In this document: positions 29,771 through 39,427 of the stretch, piece after piece
How the letters are laid out: each line of letters starts with the position of its first letter
Position numbering within the stretch: the stretch's first letter is position 1
NCBI GenBank assembly: GCA_965228855.1
Contig: CBDDIJ010000005.1
Location: 448,001 to 512,000 of the forward strand
Origin: Candidatus Obscuribacterales bacterium
Lineage (GTDB): Bacteria; Cyanobacteriota; Vampirovibrionia; Obscuribacterales; Obscuribacteraceae
Direction: 5' to 3'
DNA length: 64,000 nucleotides
Program-made: the position numbers and the translations under genes
Notes under the pieces: model-generated
Seen by the model: only the letters and a program-made list of their open reading frames with translations
The model's database searches: none
Told to the model about the DNA's origin: nothing

Positions 29771-29992
29771 GTGGTGGAGAGTGATCTTATGTCCGATAAC
29801 GATGTCAGCGAAAAGAAACTTCCGGGGAAAAGCATTCAAATTGTTCTTTTCGTTGTATTTGCAGTGATTGCAGCGGCTCTGGTGTTTATCGTAAAACCTT
29901 TCGGTTCGGTAAACATTGAACCAACGAGCACATCTGCACCAGCTCCAGGAGCGGCTACAACCGGTCCGTCAGGCGCGCCTCCGGCGAAATAG
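29771..29992 (+). CDS. Small single-TM hypothetical protein
   Basis: One strong hydrophobic segment and a Pro/Ala/Thr tail. GGAGA precedes ATG 29789. Confidence 0.55.
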   Translation: MVESDLMSDNDVSEKKLPGKSIQIVLFVVFAVIAAALVFIVKPFGSVNIEPTSTSAPAPGAATTGPSGAPPAK

Positions 29993-30004
29993 AATCGTCT
30001 TGTC

Positions 30005-31351
30005 TTAATGAATGTGAATACCGACTTCTTTGCGGTATTGCTCCATTTTGCCCCAATCCTGCGTAATTTCGGGACGCTTTTGCGTGAGCTCATTCCAGGT
30101 CACGTGCGGACGACCGGTCTCAATCTCAACCATTGAGATGCAATCATCGACCGGGCAAACCGTGCTGCAAAGGTCGCAACCGACACAATCCTCTTCACGC
30201 ACTACAGGCATGAGACGACCGTTTCCATTGCCGATATTTTTCAGCTGCACTTCCTTCAAATCGATACATTGGTGTGCGGCATCGTTGCATGCGATGTAGC
30301 AGAGATTGCAGTTGATGCATTTGTCGTGGTCGATACGAGCTACAGACTGGAATCCCAGGTCGAAGTCGCCGAAGTGCGAAATTCGAGGCAGCGATTTACC
30401 AATGAAATCATGCGGCGATGTGAAACCACGCTCGTCCATCCAGTTGGACATACCTTCGATCATATCTTCGACGATTCTGAAACCCCAGTGCATGACTGCG
30501 GTACAGACTTGAACACTTGTCGAACCAAGGAGCATGAATTCAACGGCGTCGCGCCAAGTTTCAACTCCACCCATACCGGAGATCGGCAGACCACGTTTTA
30601 TAACTTCAGGATCAGAACCGACAGCACTCAGTAAGTGAAGCGCAATAGGCTTCACGGCAGGACCGGCATATCCACCATGGCCGCCTTTTCCTCCAACGTT
30701 GGGCTTGATTTCGAAAGTATCGATATCGACACCCATGATGCTGTTGATAGTGTTGATCAGAGAGAGCGCCGATGCACCACCGTTAATAGCCGCTCTAGCG
30801 GGGTGAACGATGTCGGTGATGTTAGGCGTCAGCTTGACGATCACCGGAATCGTAGCGACCTCCATAACCCACTCAGTCACCATACACGTATACTCAGGAA
30901 CCTGCCCCATCGCACTTCCCATGCCGCGTTCCGACATACCGTGCGGGCAGCCGAAGTTCAATTCAAAACCATCGCAGCCTGTTTGTTCAGCGCGCTTGAT
31001 GATTTCCTGCCACGCTTCTTTCTTGGACTCGACCATCACGGAGCAAATCACAGTATTCTTCGGAAACAGCCTTTTCGTCTCAGCAATTTCCTTTAAGTTG
31101 GTCTCGATCGGTCGATCGCTTATGAGCTCGACGTTGTTCAAACCGATGATTTTGCTGCCTTTGTAGTCCATCGTGCCGTAGCGATTGCAAACGTTCATAA
31201 CAGGCGCGCCGATGGTTTTCCAAACAGCACCGCCCCAACCTTGTTCAAATGCTTTTTGAACCTGATAGCCGGAGTTCGAAGGCGGAGCCGATGCCAGCCA
31301 AAACGGATTGGGCGATTTGATACCACAAAAATCAATTTCAAGATTTGCCAT
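30005..31351 (-). CDS. preA: Dihydropyrimidine dehydrogenase subunit PreA
   Basis: NPFWLASAPP, NNVELISDR, ELNFGCPHGMSERGMG and VKLTPN motifs, and two C-terminal CxxCxxC ferredoxin motifs. Confidence 0.96.
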   Translation of the reverse strand: MANLEIDFCGIKSPNPFWLASAPPSNSGYQVQKAFEQGWGGAVWKTIGAPVMNVCNRYGTMDYKGSKIIGLNNVELISDRPIETNLKEIAETKRLFPKNTVICSVMVESKKEAWQEIIKRAEQTGCDGFELNFGCPHGMSERGMGSAMGQVPEYTCMVTEWVMEVATIPVIVKLTPNITDIVHPARAAINGGASALSLINTINSIMGVDIDTFEIKPNVGGKGGHGGYAGPAVKPIALHLLSAVGSDPEVIKRGLPISGMGGVETWRDAVEFMLLGSTSVQVCTAVMHWGFRIVEDMIEGMSNWMDERGFTSPHDFIGKSLPRISHFGDFDLGFQSVARIDHDKCINCNLCYIACNDAAHQCIDLKEVQLKNIGNGNGRLMPVVREEDCVGCDLCSTVCPVDDCISMVEIETGRPHVTWNELTQKRPEITQDWGKMEQYRKEVGIHIH

Positions 31352-31372
31352 TTTTATCTCCGTTCCTTCAAT

Positions 31373-32779
31373 CTACTTCTTCGACGCGAGAGCCGGCTCG
31401 CGATGAGCGCCTTCGCCACAGAGGGTGACGTGAATTCCGTTTGCCGCGATTTTGCCGTCTTCGACTGCCATCACAGTTGATGCCTCCCCATGGCTGCGAA
31501 TGCAGTCGCCACCGGCGAAGATCTTGGGATGGGCAGTGCGATTTGTTTTCTCGTCGACTGATATATATCCTTTGATCAGTTTCACACCGAACTCATTCAC
31601 CAACTTATCGGTTATGTAAGTGAGCTTTTTCTGACCGATTGCCGAGATCAGCATGTCACAGGGAATTTCGAACTCGGAATCCGGCACTTCAACGGGCGAC
31701 CGGCGCCCTGAAGCATCCGGCTGACCCAGATCCATACGTTTGCATTTCAAAGCTTTGATTTTGCCATTCTCACCGATCACCTCGACGGGCTGAGTGAGGA
31801 ACATGAAGCTCACGCCCTCTTTCATCGCGAATTGATACTCGAAGTGGTATGCGGGCATCTCGGCTTCTGAACGTCGGTAAACGATGGAAACACGCTCACT
31901 ACCCAGACGCCGGGCGATCGTCGCACAGTCGATGGCAGTATTGCCAGCGCCAATAACACAGACACGATTTCCAAACTTGATGTCTTTGAGCGGCTTCACT
32001 TTGGTTTCTTCGATAAACTCAAGACCGTCGTGAACTCCCTCCATCTTCTCACCGGGAATTTCCATCTCAGGCACAGCACCCAGTCCGACGGAAACAAAGA
32101 CTGCATCGTATTCTTTGACGAGGTCCTCGAATGAAACATCTTTGCCGACCTCGGTGTTGAACTTGAACTTCACACCAAGTTGTTCCATCATTTTCACTTC
32201 GCCGAGACTGACCTCTACGGGCTCGCGGAACACTACGATTCCATAGGTATCCAGACCACCGCCCCATTCGCGTTTTTCGAGAACGGTGACGTCGAATCCG
32301 CGCTTGGCCAGCTCTCCGGCACACGACAAGCCCGCCGGACCAGAGCCCACAACGACGACTTTGAAGCCGTTAGGTTCTCCCTTTTGGAAGAACTCAATGT
32401 TCTTCTCCTGCGCATAGTCCATCGCGTAACGCTGCAGTCGTCCGATCGTAATAGGTTTATGATCGTGTTGGAGAACGCAGGCGCCTTCGCACAGAACTTC
32501 GACAGGACACACTCGAGAACAACTGGCGCCAAGGAGATTGCTCTCCAGAATCGTTCTGGCAGAACCTTTCACATTTCCAGTCGAAATTTTCCGTATGAAG
32601 GTCGGAATATCGATTGTGGTCGGGCACGCCACCATGCATGGTGCATCATGACAGTACAGACAGCGGTTCGCTTCAAGCACCGCCTCCCGCTCGGAGTATG
32701 CCGGATAATATTCCTGGAAACGTTCTTCCAAACTCATTTCCCAGGGTAGGTATTTAACTGGTTTGTAATGCTCAGCCAT
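31373..32779 (-). CDS. preT: Dihydropyrimidine dehydrogenase subunit PreT (GltD-like)
   Basis: RCLYCHDAPC...CP, CSRVCP...CEGAC, GSGPAG, GAGNTAID and FAGGD motifs. Directly upstream of preA. Confidence 0.93.
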   Translation of the reverse strand: MAEHYKPVKYLPWEMSLEERFQEYYPAYSEREAVLEANRCLYCHDAPCMVACPTTIDIPTFIRKISTGNVKGSARTILESNLLGASCSRVCPVEVLCEGACVLQHDHKPITIGRLQRYAMDYAQEKNIEFFQKGEPNGFKVVVVGSGPAGLSCAGELAKRGFDVTVLEKREWGGGLDTYGIVVFREPVEVSLGEVKMMEQLGVKFKFNTEVGKDVSFEDLVKEYDAVFVSVGLGAVPEMEIPGEKMEGVHDGLEFIEETKVKPLKDIKFGNRVCVIGAGNTAIDCATIARRLGSERVSIVYRRSEAEMPAYHFEYQFAMKEGVSFMFLTQPVEVIGENGKIKALKCKRMDLGQPDASGRRSPVEVPDSEFEIPCDMLISAIGQKKLTYITDKLVNEFGVKLIKGYISVDEKTNRTAHPKIFAGGDCIRSHGEASTVMAVEDGKIAANGIHVTLCGEGAHREPALASKK

Positions 32780-32917
32780 GTTTTATCTCACAAGCACGAT
32801 GGGATTCAGAACTATTTTGGAGCCGAAAAGCAAAGCCGCGTCAATACCACATGCGGTGCTGACTGCCGTCCGAAAGGTTCGAGCGCTCGCCTGCACTCGA
32901 ACCTCCGGAATGAATTA

Positions 32918-33805
32918 TTAGAGTCGAACCAATTCGTCGTAGGTCTCCGGTCTTCTGTCACGATAGAACTGCCAGGTGTGACGGACTTCCTTAATCTCAT
33001 CGAGATTCAGGTCTGCCACCACCAGCTCTTCTCCATCGCGACTGGCTTCGGCAATAATCTGACCACGCGGATTGCAGAAATAGCTCGTGCCGTAAAACTG
33101 ACCGATGTTCCAAGGTTCCTCAGTACCGACTCTGTTGATCGCACCGACGAAATAACCGTTGGCCGCAGCATGCGCGGGCTGTTCCAATTTCCAGAGATAT
33201 TCGGACAAGCCTGCAACCGTAGCAGACGGGTTGAAAACGATTTCGGCACCGTTCAAACCAAGGGCTCGAGCGCCTTCCGGGAAGTGACGGTCATAGCAGA
33301 TGTAAACTCCGATGGTGGCGTATTTGGTGTGGAACACCGGATAGCCGAGGTTGCCCGGACGGAAGTAGAACTTCTCCCAGAAACCGGGAGCGACATGCGG
33401 AATGTGGTTTTTGCGATATTTCCCGAGATAAGAGCCGTCAGCATCGATCACGGCCGCAGTGTTGTAATAGATTCCGGTCTGTTCCTTTTCATAGATAGGA
33501 ACGACAAGAACCATCTCGTATTGTTTGGCAACTTCTTGCAGCTTCTTGATGGTCGGACCATCCGGAATGGACTCCGCCGACTCGTACCAGCAGGTTTCCT
33601 GCTCGGCGCAGAAATAAGGTCCGTTGAAAATCTCCTGATAGCAGAGTATCTTCACGCCCTTTTCATGAGCTTCTTTTGTGAATCTGAGATGCTTCTCGAG
33701 CATCGCGTCTTTGATCTTTTGAATCGATTTCGAATCGGTTCCGCCTTCTTTGGAAACCACTTCGTTCTTTGTCTGAATCAGCCCGCAACGTACGATATTG
33801 GCCAT
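32918..33805 (-). CDS. Beta-ureidopropionase (nitrilase/C-N hydrolase family)
   Basis: Glu-Lys-Cys triad motifs YQEIF, YRKNHIP and ICYDRHFPE, plus FWEKFYF. Lies in an operon with preTA. Confidence 0.9.
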   Translation of the reverse strand: MANIVRCGLIQTKNEVVSKEGGTDSKSIQKIKDAMLEKHLRFTKEAHEKGVKILCYQEIFNGPYFCAEQETCWYESAESIPDGPTIKKLQEVAKQYEMVLVVPIYEKEQTGIYYNTAAVIDADGSYLGKYRKNHIPHVAPGFWEKFYFRPGNLGYPVFHTKYATIGVYICYDRHFPEGARALGLNGAEIVFNPSATVAGLSEYLWKLEQPAHAAANGYFVGAINRVGTEEPWNIGQFYGTSYFCNPRGQIIAEASRDGEELVVADLNLDEIKEVRHTWQFYRDRRPETYDELVRL

Positions 33806-33896
33806 AACGTTTCCTTATTCTCCTTACCAGTTTTCACTGAGTATTTTGAGTTATGCCTGTATTTAGTTTTTTCGACCGGTGTGAAACCGATCGCGC

Positions 33897-35213
33897 TTAC
33901 TTCGCAGCAGCGCCGACTTTAGCCGTAGCTTCCAGCGCTTTCTTCATAACTTTTAGAAGTTGATCGGCATTATCTTTAGTGATGTTCATCGCAGGCTTGA
34001 TCCGAATTACGTTTCCGAACACGCCGCCCTTGCCGATTACAACACCATCGTCTTTAGCCATTTCAACAATCTTGGCAGTTTCAGCAGAAAGCGGAGTTTT
34101 CTTTTTGTCGGCAATTTCCATACCGAGCATCAAGCCTTTGCCGCGGACATCGCCAATGAGATCAGGGAAGTGTTTCTGCAGGTCTTCCATGCCGGCTTTG
34201 ATATAACCGCCAACTTCTTTAGCATTGGCCATCAAGTTTTCTTCTTCGATCACGTCGAGAACCGCGCAGCCAGTGGCTGCCGAGACTGGGTTACCGCCGA
34301 AGGTATTGATTTGTTGCTTCGCCGCCTTGTCTGCGATTTCCGGTGTGGTGATAACAGCACCGATAGGCAGCCCGTTACCGAGACCCTTAGCCATCGTGAT
34401 CAAGTCCGGTGTCACACCGTAGCTCTGAATTCCGAACCAATGCGTTCCCGTCCGACCGACGCCGGTCTGAACTTCATCGGCAATCATGAGAACGCCGTAC
34501 TGTTCCAAAACCTTTTTGACTTGAATGAAATACTCATCGGGCGGAGTGATTGTTCCACCGACACCCTGTATAGGTTCCGCGATAAACACCGCCGGCTTAC
34601 CGGATGTCTGCATCTGAATAGTGCGCTCGAGGTCCTGGACACATTCCATGTTGCAGCTATCAGGAGTTTTCTGGAATGGGCAGCGGTAGCAATATGCATT
34701 TGCCGCATGAACAATACCGGCAGCCGGCATAATTTCCGGACGATAGTGATGGTTAGCCGTCAGGGTGCTCGCCAGGTGCGATTCACCATGATATGAGTGG
34801 CGCAAAGCGATTACTTCGTTACGCCCGCTGGATACGCGAGCCACCTTAATAGCGGCTTCGTTAGCCTCGGTTCCGGAATTGGTGATAAACGATTTCGATA
34901 AATTTCCGGGTGCGATGTTCGCTAGTTTCTCAGCGAGATCGACCATCGGTTGAGTCATGAATACTGTCGAGGTATGCTGCAAGGTTTGAACCTGCTCGAC
35001 TGTTTTTGCCAAAACTTTCGGATTGCAATGACCGACGCTGACTGTGACGATGCCGGCAAACATATCGAGATACTCTCGGCCCGTCTCATCGTACAGATAC
35101 TGCATCTTCCCCTTCACGAAATGCGGCGGGTCGGTGTACATCTGCTTGACGCTGGGAAAGAGGTACTTTTCCCTCTTCTTCTTCAATTCTTCTCTATTGA
35201 GTTGAGCCGTCAT
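33897..35213 (-). CDS. Class III aminotransferase, AGXT2/PYD4-like (probable beta-alanine aminotransferase)
   Basis: GKMQYLYD...[39 protein letters not shown] and NTFGGNP motifs. AGGAG RBS before ATG 35213. Confidence 0.88.
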   Translation of the reverse strand: MTAQLNREELKKKREKYLFPSVKQMYTDPPHFVKGKMQYLYDETGREYLDMFAGIVTVSVGHCNPKVLAKTVEQVQTLQHTSTVFMTQPMVDLAEKLANIAPGNLSKSFITNSGTEANEAAIKVARVSSGRNEVIALRHSYHGESHLASTLTANHHYRPEIMPAAGIVHAANAYCYRCPFQKTPDSCNMECVQDLERTIQMQTSGKPAVFIAEPIQGVGGTITPPDEYFIQVKKVLEQYGVLMIADEVQTGVGRTGTHWFGIQSYGVTPDLITMAKGLGNGLPIGAVITTPEIADKAAKQQINTFGGNPVSAATGCAVLDVIEEENLMANAKEVGGYIKAGMEDLQKHFPDLIGDVRGKGLMLGMEIADKKKTPLSAETAKIVEMAKDDGVVIGKGGVFGNVIRIKPAMNITKDNADQLLKVMKKALEATAKVGAAAK

Positions 35214-35478
35214 TTCGCGCAATTCTCCTGGTCGACGCAGTGTGATACTGCTTGTGATGCCTGCCGGCAGCCAGCCGGTAGCCGAGCCCTGCCCGGCGGG
35301 ATGCCTGATTCGAGCCCCACCAGCGAGCGGACTCGGTGCGCGTAGCCGGAATGATGTTTGAAAACGGAGCCTCGCTCCGAAAAACAAAACCAACAGAAAG
35401 CTGCCCCGCTCCGCCTTTCAAGGGGCGAAACAAGGAAGAACAACTGGCTGTATAGATCCCGGATATGCCTGTTGTGAA

Positions 35479-35508
35479 ATAGTACTCAGTAAATGTTAAG
35501 AACGTCAA
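35479..35508 (-). promoter_or_regulatory. Sigma70-type promoter of the pyrimidine catabolic operon
   Basis: Minus strand TTGACG-N18-TACTAT. Confidence 0.6.
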
Positions 35509-35683
35509 TCATTCGAGTTTAATGCTTATTAATGCGCGAAGATAATCGAAACCTAATTGTTTGAGGCATACAGCCTGCTTCAGTTTGTCTACATTAATGA
35601 CAACACCTTATTGATTCGGCCCGTGCACTTGTATACTGGTGCGACCTCAATATTAGTCGCCGTTTCCAGTTCGTCGGTCGCCC

Positions 35684-37213
35684 ATGATTTTCAGTAGCCT
35701 GACATACCTCTTCTTCCTGCCCCTGGTAGTGTTCCTCTATTGGCGCACCAAGGGTAGTGTCAGAATGTGGCTACTGATCATCGCCAGCTACTACTTCTAC
35801 ATGAGCTGGTTGCCTGCATATGGTCTACTGTTGCTGGGCATGACCGTCATCAACTGGGTAATCGGCGAAGCATTATTCAAAGTCGTAAACAAACCCGAGG
35901 GCAAGAAATCCCCGGCAGCGAAGGCTCTTCTGGCGCTTGGATTAGCGCTAAACATCGGTAGCCTCTTCTATTACAAATACACCAACTTTATTATTCAAAC
36001 CTTTGCCGGCACCTGGAACTGGCTCTGCGAACTTCTAACTGTTGTGACCCCGCCGGCTTTGCACATGCAACCCTGGGACTATCCGGTGTTCCAGATTTTG
36101 TTGCCGCTCGCCATTTCGTTCTTTGTCTTCGAATTCGTCCATTACCTCGTCGACATTTATAGGGGCGACAAACCGGTGAGCAATTTTACTCACTTCATGG
36201 TTTTCTCGTCCTTCTTCCCGTCCCAGATTGCCGGACCGATCAAGCGCTATCAGGAATTTGTAGATCAGCTTCCCAAGCCGGAACCGTTGACATCAGCTCT
36301 AGCCGCCGAAGGTATTGGATTATTCATACAGGGTTTGTTCAAGAAGGTCGCCATCGCGGACCCAATCGGCTCGCTTATCTTCCCTTATTACGGTCAAACC
36401 GCTGCCATAAGCGGACCTGATGCATGGCTCGCCTCGATAGGTTTCGTTATTCAGGTCTATTGCGATTTCTCCGCATACACAGACATGGGACGCGGCTCAG
36501 CCCTGCTGATGGGCATTCGCCTGCCTGAGAACTTCGATCTTCCTTATCTAGCAAGAGACATTTCAGACTTCTGGCGCCGGTGGCACATGTCACTGTCCTT
36601 CTGGCTGAGAGACTACGTCTTCATCGCTCTGGGCGGCTCGAAAAAAGACCGCTGGGTAACCTGGAGAAATCTCTTCGCCACGATGGTCGTATGCGGTTTC
36701 TGGCATGGCGTGGGCTGGCACTACATCATCTTTGGAGCAATTCAGGGTCTCGGCATGATCGTCAATCGCGAATGGCGCTTGCTGCTCAGGTCCAGCCAGT
36801 GGAGACTGTTCGCAAAACAAATGCACTTCGAACACAGACTCAACAACTCATTTTTCCAGCTGTTGAATCTTCTAATCACCTGGGTCTTCATCGCCTTCAC
36901 CTTCGTTGTCTTCCGGGCGCCGGATATGACTCGAGCATTCAACATCTTCGAAGGAATGCTCAGTTTCCGCGGCGAATGCCAACTCTGGGAACCAATCATC
37001 AAAGCGGGTCTTATCCCCATCACTTCGGTGTACCTGCTAGCCTGGCTGGTCACGGAGTACGTAAAACGGCATCCCGAGCCGTTCCGTTTCATCCGAGATC
37101 CACAACTGGGCTACAAATATCCTTTCAAACTGGCTACGTGGACCGCCGCTATCATTCTAACGATCGCAGCGAGACCGCTTGCGGCAGTACCTTTCCTTTA
37201 TTTCCAATTCTAG
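35684..37213 (+). CDS. MBOAT family O-acyltransferase (AlgI/PatA/DltB-like)
   Basis: MIFSS, YYKY, LPLAISFF, AGPIKR, YCDFSAYTD, FWRRWHMSLSFWLRDYV and GFWHG motifs, and C-terminal FLYFQF. Confidence 0.95.
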   Translation: MIFSSLTYLFFLPLVVFLYWRTKGSVRMWLLIIASYYFYMSWLPAYGLLLLGMTVINWVIGEALFKVVNKPEGKKSPAAKALLALGLALNIGSLFYYKYTNFIIQTFAGTWNWLCELLTVVTPPALHMQPWDYPVFQILLPLAISFFVFEFVHYLVDIYRGDKPVSNFTHFMVFSSFFPSQIAGPIKRYQEFVDQLPKPEPLTSALAAEGIGLFIQGLFKKVAIADPIGSLIFPYYGQTAAISGPDAWLASIGFVIQVYCDFSAYTDMGRGSALLMGIRLPENFDLPYLARDISDFWRRWHMSLSFWLRDYVFIALGGSKKDRWVTWRNLFATMVVCGFWHGVGWHYIIFGAIQGLGMIVNREWRLLLRSSQWRLFAKQMHFEHRLNNSFFQLLNLLITWVFIAFTFVVFRAPDMTRAFNIFEGMLSFRGECQLWEPIIKAGLIPITSVYLLAWLVTEYVKRHPEPFRFIRDPQLGYKYPFKLATWTAAIILTIAARPLAAVPFLYFQF

Positions 37214-37230
37214 AATTGAGGCACTAGACC

Positions 37231-37398
37231 ATGAACGCACGACCGCGCGCAATACGTCAAAAAGAACGACATACCAACGTTCCAAAAGAACGCGTTCTCA
37301 ACAAAGAAAAACGCATTCTTGATCCAAGAGTGAACGTGCTCAACGACAAGCCCCACTCATTCAATCCGAAAGAGCGCGCCTTGAGTCCCAGCAGATAA
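37231..37398 (+). CDS. Small ORF (55 aa) with 7-residue repeats, below the ORF-track cutoff
   Basis: MNARPRAIRQKERHTNVPKERVLNKEKRILDPRVNVLNDKPHSFNPKERALSPSR, with GAGG 9 nt upstream. Fills the MBOAT-SGNH gap almost exactly. Confidence 0.55.
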   Translation: MNARPRAIRQKERHTNVPKERVLNKEKRILDPRVNVLNDKPHSFNPKERALSPSR

Positions 37399-37412
37399 TC
37401 AGGAGTCTACAA

Positions 37413-38849
37413 ATGGTTGTCTCGGCACCAGACAAAACAACGATTGAAATTAAAGACCAAAGCAGCGCAAAACCCACGCGTCGCAACTGGTTTAAACTGG
37501 TCGCCGTTTGCCTGGCTATGCAAGTCTGCGCGCTTCTGTTTACCGAATGCGTTTTGTACGTGGCTGGTCTGGGCGAAGAAGAAATTTTTGCATTCGACAA
37601 AGATCTCGGTACTCGCCATATGAAGAACAAAAGGATCACCTGGCGCAGTGAGGGGTTCGGTGTATGTTACTTCGATGCCGACGGATTGCAGGATCCTGGA
37701 CTGACTGTGGCGAAACCTGCAAACACATTTAGAGTAGCCGTGCTCGGTGACTCGCTAGTCGAAGGTCTTCAAGTTCCAGCCGACAAGAAATTCACGCGCA
37801 TTTTGAATGAGTCGGTAAAACTCGCCAACGGCAAGAATATCCAGGTTGTTAACTTCGGCACGTCAGGCTATTCGACCGCTCAAGAATACACACTGATGAA
37901 GAAGCAGGTATTTAAGTACGCACCGGATATGGTGGTAGTCTGCTACAACAGCCGCGACATTTTTGAAAATTGGTCACCGCCGGACGCTACTCTTACAAAC
38001 ATCAGACCGGTAGCAATCTGCCTTCCGGGTCAGCCGCTCGTGGTTTCTAACGCAGCGATTTTAGAATGGATGAAATCGCCGCGTGCCAGATTTCTGCAAA
38101 GCATCAGCTGGCTGCGCCAGAATAGCCGCATCTGGGGCTTAATATCGGCGATGGAGACCGAATTGAGTTTTAACGACAAAACATACCAGACGATAATGGA
38201 ACTGGTCACTAGACCAAAGAAAGCGGTTAAGCGACTCTGGGCTGAATATTCACAACCGGAAAAATGGGAAGTTTCGAAATGGTTTGTATCCTCAGGCTCG
38301 TCGGGACCATCATTCAACATCCAATTCTTCGAAGGCAAGGATCCGAACGCTCAGGTCAATAAGTCATTCCCAACCGGCGCCAAGAAGAAAAAGAAAAGGT
38401 CGCCAGAACAAATTGCCCAGAAGAACGCAGATGTGACGCCGGCGCCGGAGCCGAAGAAGCCGGTGACCGAAGGCGAAAGGAACTACATCAAATTGATGAG
38501 CCGGACCCTTGGTGCGCTTGTTTCAGAAATGGATTCCTTATGCAAGGAACACAAAACCAAATTCGTGGTGGTGGCAATGCCTGCAAGACTGGGACTGGAT
38601 CCCAATCCTGGAACAGAGACCACTATGTACGGTCTCGACTATCCTGGCGAAGTCGAAGTAGTCAAAACCACATGCGCTGAACGCGGCGTACCGTTCTACG
38701 ACATGCTGAAGCCCGCACAGTCAGAACTAACCCAGAATGAGAAGAAGGCGATGTTCTACTCATTGCACCTGGCACCGGCAGGACATAAGTACATTGCCGA
38801 CAAGCTCACACCGTTCCTTAAACAAGAGTGTGATAACGTTGGCCGATGA
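37413..38849 (+). CDS. SGNH/GDSL family protein (AlgJ/AlgX/PatB-like partner of the MBOAT)
   Basis: N-terminal TM, VLGDSLVEG, NFGTSGYST and C-terminal SLHLAPAGH motifs. AGGAG RBS. Confidence 0.87.
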   Translation: MVVSAPDKTTIEIKDQSSAKPTRRNWFKLVAVCLAMQVCALLFTECVLYVAGLGEEEIFAFDKDLGTRHMKNKRITWRSEGFGVCYFDADGLQDPGLTVAKPANTFRVAVLGDSLVEGLQVPADKKFTRILNESVKLANGKNIQVVNFGTSGYSTAQEYTLMKKQVFKYAPDMVVVCYNSRDIFENWSPPDATLTNIRPVAICLPGQPLVVSNAAILEWMKSPRARFLQSISWLRQNSRIWGLISAMETELSFNDKTYQTIMELVTRPKKAVKRLWAEYSQPEKWEVSKWFVSSGSSGPSFNIQFFEGKDPNAQVNKSFPTGAKKKKKRSPEQIAQKNADVTPAPEPKKPVTEGERNYIKLMSRTLGALVSEMDSLCKEHKTKFVVVAMPARLGLDPNPGTETTMYGLDYPGEVEVVKTTCAERGVPFYDMLKPAQSELTQNEKKAMFYSLHLAPAGHKYIADKLTPFLKQECDNVGR

Positions 38850-39255
38850 GATTCGCAACGCGTGGAAAGGCATCAAGATGCCACCGTCGCAAGCCGAAGA
38901 GTGTGAAGACGCACTGAGAGCCAATCCCAATGATCTGGAACTGCGTTGCAAAATGCTTGGATATTTCATGAGCAATCGGTTTATTGATCCGATTGGATTG
39001 CAAAAATTCCATGAGCATGTTCTCTTCACCATACGAAATTTTCCGCATAACAAAATTGCCGGCTCCCATTATGCTCAATACGATTTAGCAATTGACGATC
39101 GGGCATTCTACGAGCAAGCAAAATGTATCTGGCAAAATCATCTGGCGTCCAATCCAGATGACACAACCATCATCAAGCACGCTGCAGAATTCTTCGCTGC
39201 TGCAGACAGAGAGTTGTCCGCTGCTCTGGTGTTGAAGTTGCAATCTCGTTCCTGA
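38839..39255 (+). CDS. Helical (TPR-like) hypothetical protein
   Basis: ORF overlapping the SGNH stop, with LRANPNDLELRCKMLGYF and LASNPDDTTII helical repeats. TTG start uncertain. Confidence 0.6.
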   Translation: MADEIRNAWKGIKMPPSQAEECEDALRANPNDLELRCKMLGYFMSNRFIDPIGLQKFHEHVLFTIRNFPHNKIAGSHYAQYDLAIDDRAFYEQAKCIWQNHLASNPDDTTIIKHAAEFFAAADRELSAALVLKLQSRS

Positions 39256-39427
39256 ACCAGCGAGTGCAAACGGCGCCTTTCAGTCGAAGACCTTAAATCT
39301 GTGCCATAATGGAAGTATCGATGTCGTCGGATTTCATCGAAAAATACTTGAGGAAGCCGCGCTTGCAGGATCCAGTAGCGGCTCAAGACTAAGTAAATCC
39401 AACGCTCATCGTGCATAAGGAGAAGAC

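Noticed and set aside
32768..33922. 384-aa plus-strand ORF (also 2083-2844, 13884-14696 and 33960-34796)
   Set aside because: These lie antisense to well-supported enzymes and show no recognisable motifs.
35214..35393. 60-aa N-terminal extension of the aminotransferase in the ORF track
   Set aside because: A strong AGGAG RBS precedes ATG 35213, and the extension is non-homologous and spans RNA-like hairpins.
39138..39416. 92-aa minus-strand ORF between the helical protein and the hybrid kinase
   Set aside because: It overlaps a plus-strand gene, has no RBS or motif, and more likely covers the kinase promoter region.
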